Part shown: one piece after another, positions 16,711 to 19,628 of the stretch | How positions within the stretch are numbered: position 1 is the stretch's first letter | Layout of the letters: each line of letters opens with the position of its first letter | NCBI GenBank assembly: GCA_044226625.1 | Contig: JBGAGQ010000089.1 | Location: forward strand, 1 to 19,628 | Direction: 5' to 3' | Source of the DNA: Thermoanaerobaculia bacterium | GTDB lineage: Bacteria > Acidobacteriota > Thermoanaerobaculia > Multivoradales > UBA5704 | Length of the DNA: 19,628 nt | Notes under the pieces: model-generated | Seen by the model: only the letters and a program-made list of their open reading frames with translations | Told to the model about the DNA's origin: nothing | Database searches by the model: none | Position numbers and translations under genes: made by a program

Positions 16711-19281
16711 TCAGGCGTTCCGAAGCGTCACGACCGTGGCGCCGTTTCCCCCCTCTTCAGGATCGCCCGGCCGGAGACTCGCGACCGCTCGATGGCCGCG
16801 CAAGCGCTCGCGGACCGCCTGGCGAAGCTTGCCCGAGCCATGACCGTGGACCACCCGGATCTCCTTGTGCGGCCCCCGCACGGCCTGGTCGAGATAGGCG
16901 TCGAGCATCTCCAGGGCGCTCTCCACCCTCTGGCCGATCAGATGGAGCTCGGGCGACGCGGAAGCGCTCTCCTCGGCATCGCGCGAGCTGCCGCGCACGC
17001 CGCCAAGCCCTCCCGGCACCGCTCTCAGCGCGCGACGTCCTCCAACACCGCGAGCGCTCCCCTCTACCCGTCCCGGGCGATCCGCGGCGGCGATCGGCTC
17101 GGCCCGAGCCGGGCCCCTGGCGGCAACCGCACCGAGCTCGTCGGCCCGGCAGCGGACTCGCTTGCCGGCGACCGCAACCTCGGCCCGATCCCCTTCGAGC
17201 TTCTCGAGCTTCCCCTGCCAGCCGAGCCCCAGATGTCGAACGGTGCCGCCGACCACCAAAGGCCCGGAGGGCGCCTCCGGCTCTTCGACCAGCTCGGGCG
17301 CCTCGGCGAACAGGCGTTCGGCGGCCTCGGCTTCGAGGCCGCGCCGCTTGCCCTGCTCGAAGCGCTCGCGCAGCCGGGCGACCTCCTCGCGGAGGCGCGC
17401 CGACGTCTCGCGCCGAAACGAGTCGAGGTCGCCCTTGAGCTTTCGCCCTACGTTCTTCCGCTCTTCCGCCGCGGCGGCGAGCTCGTCGGCCAGCCGCCTT
17501 CGCAGCTTCTCGGCATCCGTTCTCTCGACCTCGAGCTCGGCGCGCGTCTCGGCCAACTCTTGGCGCGCCCGTTCGACCTCGACCAGGAGCCGGCGCAGGT
17601 CGCGGTGCTCCGAGCCCAAGCGCGCCTCGGCGCGGTCCAGCCACTCGGACGGCAGGCCCAAACGGCGCGCCAAAGCGAGTGCCTCGCTCCCCCCAGGCGG
17701 CCCGGGGACCAGGCGGAACGTCGGCCGGCCGGTCTGCGGATCGAATTCCATCGCGGCGCACGAGGCGCCACCGGTCTCGAGCGCCGCGGCGGCGAGCTGG
17801 GCGAGGTGGGTCGTGATGACCGCGAGTGTCCGCTTCTCCGCCAGGCTCTCGAGCAGGGAGACGGAGAGCGCGGCGCCCTCCTCTGGGTCGGTTCCCGAGC
17901 CGAGCTCGTCGAGCAGCACCAAGCTGTTCGGGCCGGCAGCCTCCCAGGCCTCCTTGAGGCGGAGCAGCCGTCCCGAGAAGGTCGAACGGTCGGCGAGCAG
18001 GTCCTGCTCGTCCCCCACGGTCGCGACCAGCCGGTCGAGGAACGGCACGCGGCTCCCCGCCGCGGCGGGGATCGGCAGGCCGCAGAGCGCCGCGGCGGCG
18101 AGCAGGCCGGCGGTCTTCAGCGCCACGGTCTTGCCTCCCGCGTTCGGGCCGGTGATCACGAAGATCCGTCGATCGCCGGACAGCTCGAGGTCGAGCGGCA
18201 CGATCGTGCCGCCGTAGCCCGCTTGGCCGAGCGCCTCCCGGCGCGCGTCGGCGAGGCGCGAATCGAGCAGGGGATGACGCGCCGAGACGAGCCGGAGCTC
18301 CGGCGGCGAATCCGAGGCGGCGCCCATCGCCCGGCCGATCTCGGGCAACTCGGCTTCGGCGACCGATGCGAAGCGCAACGCCGCCTGGATCAGGTCGAGC
18401 TCCGCGATGAAGTCGGCGATGCCCCCCGGGCCGGCGATCGCGGGAAGCTCCGCCCGCGCCGCAGCGATCAGCTCGTTGACGATCCGGCGCCGCTCGGCCT
18501 CCTCGTCTTCGACCGACTGCTGCAGCTCGTTGTTCGAATCGACGACCTCGATCGGCTCGAAGTAGAAGCTCTTGCCGGTACCCGAACGGCCGTGGATCAG
18601 CCCCCCGCTTCGTCCCTTCGCCCCGGAATCGAGCATCAGGACCAGACGGCCGCCGCGCAGGGGGATCGTCTCTTCGGACAGGTCGGTCCGGTGGCTCTGA
18701 ACGTAGGAGCCGAGGTCCGAGTAGAGCTGGTCGCGTACGCGGCGGATCTGCTTGCGCAACGCCGCGAGCTTCGGGCTCGCCTCTTCCCGCACTTCCCCCC
18801 GGCGGTCGAGCGCCCGATCGATCTTCGCCAACAGCGGTTGCAGGTCGGGAACCCGGAACGCGAGCGTCTGAAGCGCGGGGCAGGCCTCGGCGCCCCGGAT
18901 GCGGGCGGCCGCCTGGCGCGAGGCGCGGAGCAGATCGGCGAGGCGCACGAGATCGAGCCCCTGCACGGGAGGCCGCCCGGTCGCCAAGCGCTCGACCAGC
19001 TCGCCCACCGGGACGTCGAAATCCGGCACCAGCGAGCCCGCGCCGAGCAGGCGGCCGGCCTCTTCGATCCGCCGCCTCTGCGACAGCAGCGGCCCTTCCT
19101 CGACGAACGGAGCGAGCGCGAGCACCCGCTCGTGCCCCAAATCGGTCGAGGCGAAATGGGCGACCACGGACAGGAGCGAAGGGAGCTCCAGCGCAAGGGC
19201 CGTCGCCTCGGAGAGGACGGAGGCCCCCACGCCAGGTTCCCCGGACGTCTCGTCGTCGTCGAAATCGGGAGACTGTTGCAT
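16711..19281 (-). CDS. mutS2: MutS2 family ATPase with C-terminal Smr domain
   Basis: HGRSGTGKSFYFEP, ARHPLL, Walker A ITGPNAGGKT, STFSG, LLDELGSGTDPEEG, TTH, coiled coil, KOW-like segment and Smr domain IRVVHGHGSGKLR..GGNGATVV. Start is ATG 19281 or GTG 19284. Confidence 0.93.
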   Translation of the reverse strand: MQQSPDFDDDETSGEPGVGASVLSEATALALELPSLLSVVAHFASTDLGHERVLALAPFVEEGPLLSQRRRIEEAGRLLGAGSLVPDFDVPVGELVERLATGRPPVQGLDLVRLADLLRASRQAAARIRGAEACPALQTLAFRVPDLQPLLAKIDRALDRRGEVREEASPKLAALRKQIRRVRDQLYSDLGSYVQSHRTDLSEETIPLRGGRLVLMLDSGAKGRSGGLIHGRSGTGKSFYFEPIEVVDSNNELQQSVEDEEAERRRIVNELIAAARAELPAIAGPGGIADFIAELDLIQAALRFASVAEAELPEIGRAMGAASDSPPELRLVSARHPLLDSRLADARREALGQAGYGGTIVPLDLELSGDRRIFVITGPNAGGKTVALKTAGLLAAAALCGLPIPAAAGSRVPFLDRLVATVGDEQDLLADRSTFSGRLLRLKEAWEAAGPNSLVLLDELGSGTDPEEGAALSVSLLESLAEKRTLAVITTHLAQLAAAALETGGASCAAMEFDPQTGRPTFRLVPGPPGGSEALALARRLGLPSEWLDRAEARLGSEHRDLRRLLVEVERARQELAETRAELEVERTDAEKLRRRLADELAAAAEERKNVGRKLKGDLDSFRRETSARLREEVARLRERFEQGKRRGLEAEAAERLFAEAPELVEEPEAPSGPLVVGGTVRHLGLGWQGKLEKLEGDRAEVAVAGKRVRCRADELGAVAARGPARAEPIAAADRPGRVEGSARGVGGRRALRAVPGGLGGVRGSSRDAEESASASPELHLIGQRVESALEMLDAYLDQAVRGPHKEIRVVHGHGSGKLRQAVRERLRGHRAVASLRPGDPEEGGNGATVVTLRNA

Positions 19282-19316
19282 CACGGGAATTTCACGTCTC
19301 CGAAGGTTTCCGGGTC

Positions 19317-19352
19317 AAAAGAAAAACGGGAGTGGGGCGAACCCCTCTCCCG
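19317..19352 (-). terminator. Intrinsic terminator after rpsU
   Basis: Minus strand CGGGAG-A-GGGG-TTCG-CCCC-A-CTCCCG followed by TTTTTCTTTT. Confidence 0.82.
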
Positions 19353-19393
19353 CTCCGTGCGCCGTTCGAAAACCAGCGGACCTGCTCGCCGGC

Positions 19394-19603
19394 TCAGGAA
19401 AGTCCCTGGCGCCGTTCCTCGATCAGCTTGCGCGCCTGCTTTTTGCGCGCTTGGATGGTCTTCCGCTTGCGCTTGACGGAGGGCTTCTCGAAGTGCTGCC
19501 GCTTGCGCAGCTCGGTCAGAATGCCGGACTTCTCGATCTTCCGCTTGAACCGGCGGAGGGCATTCTCGAAGCTCTCTTCCTCACGTACGTGCACGACGGG
19601 CAT
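19394..19603 (-). CDS. rpsU: 30S ribosomal protein S21
   Basis: [48 protein letters not shown], with a GAGGTG SD upstream. Confidence 0.97.
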   Translation of the reverse strand: MPVVHVREEESFENALRRFKRKIEKSGILTELRKRQHFEKPSVKRKRKTIQARKKQARKLIEERRQGLS

Positions 19604-19628
19604 CCGAAATCACCTCTCTTCTGGCGCA

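Overview
GC-rich bacterial chromosomal window, probably Acidobacteriota. This is inferred from an ADOP-type duplicated permease and a GWxTD+VWA protein. It is mostly core genome. From left to right: tRNA-Arg(ACG) (-); a non-coding ~585-bp segment; a stand-alone polyprenyl glycosylphosphotransferase (+); a REP-like inverted pair; the coupled cysteine desulfurase-mnmA tRNA-thiolation pair (-); a secreted GWxTD/Ig-like/VWA protein and an ADOP permease (+); then, on the minus strand, an ICL/PEP-mutase family enzyme, a DUF2059-like protein, folK, an FYDLN-acid zinc-ribbon protein and a variant macromolecular-synthesis operon (rpsU-mutS2-dnaG-rpoD). Two things stand out. (1) The segment 158-742 is bounded by 35-bp inverted repeats (32/35 identical) and encloses a degenerate 21/22-bp-period array rich in GANTC sites, directly upstream of the priming glycosyltransferase. 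(2) folK has an intact conserved N-terminus but no canonical start codon, and is associated with two hairpins. No transposase, integrase or CRISPR array is visible. All family assignments come from motif recognition, not database searches.
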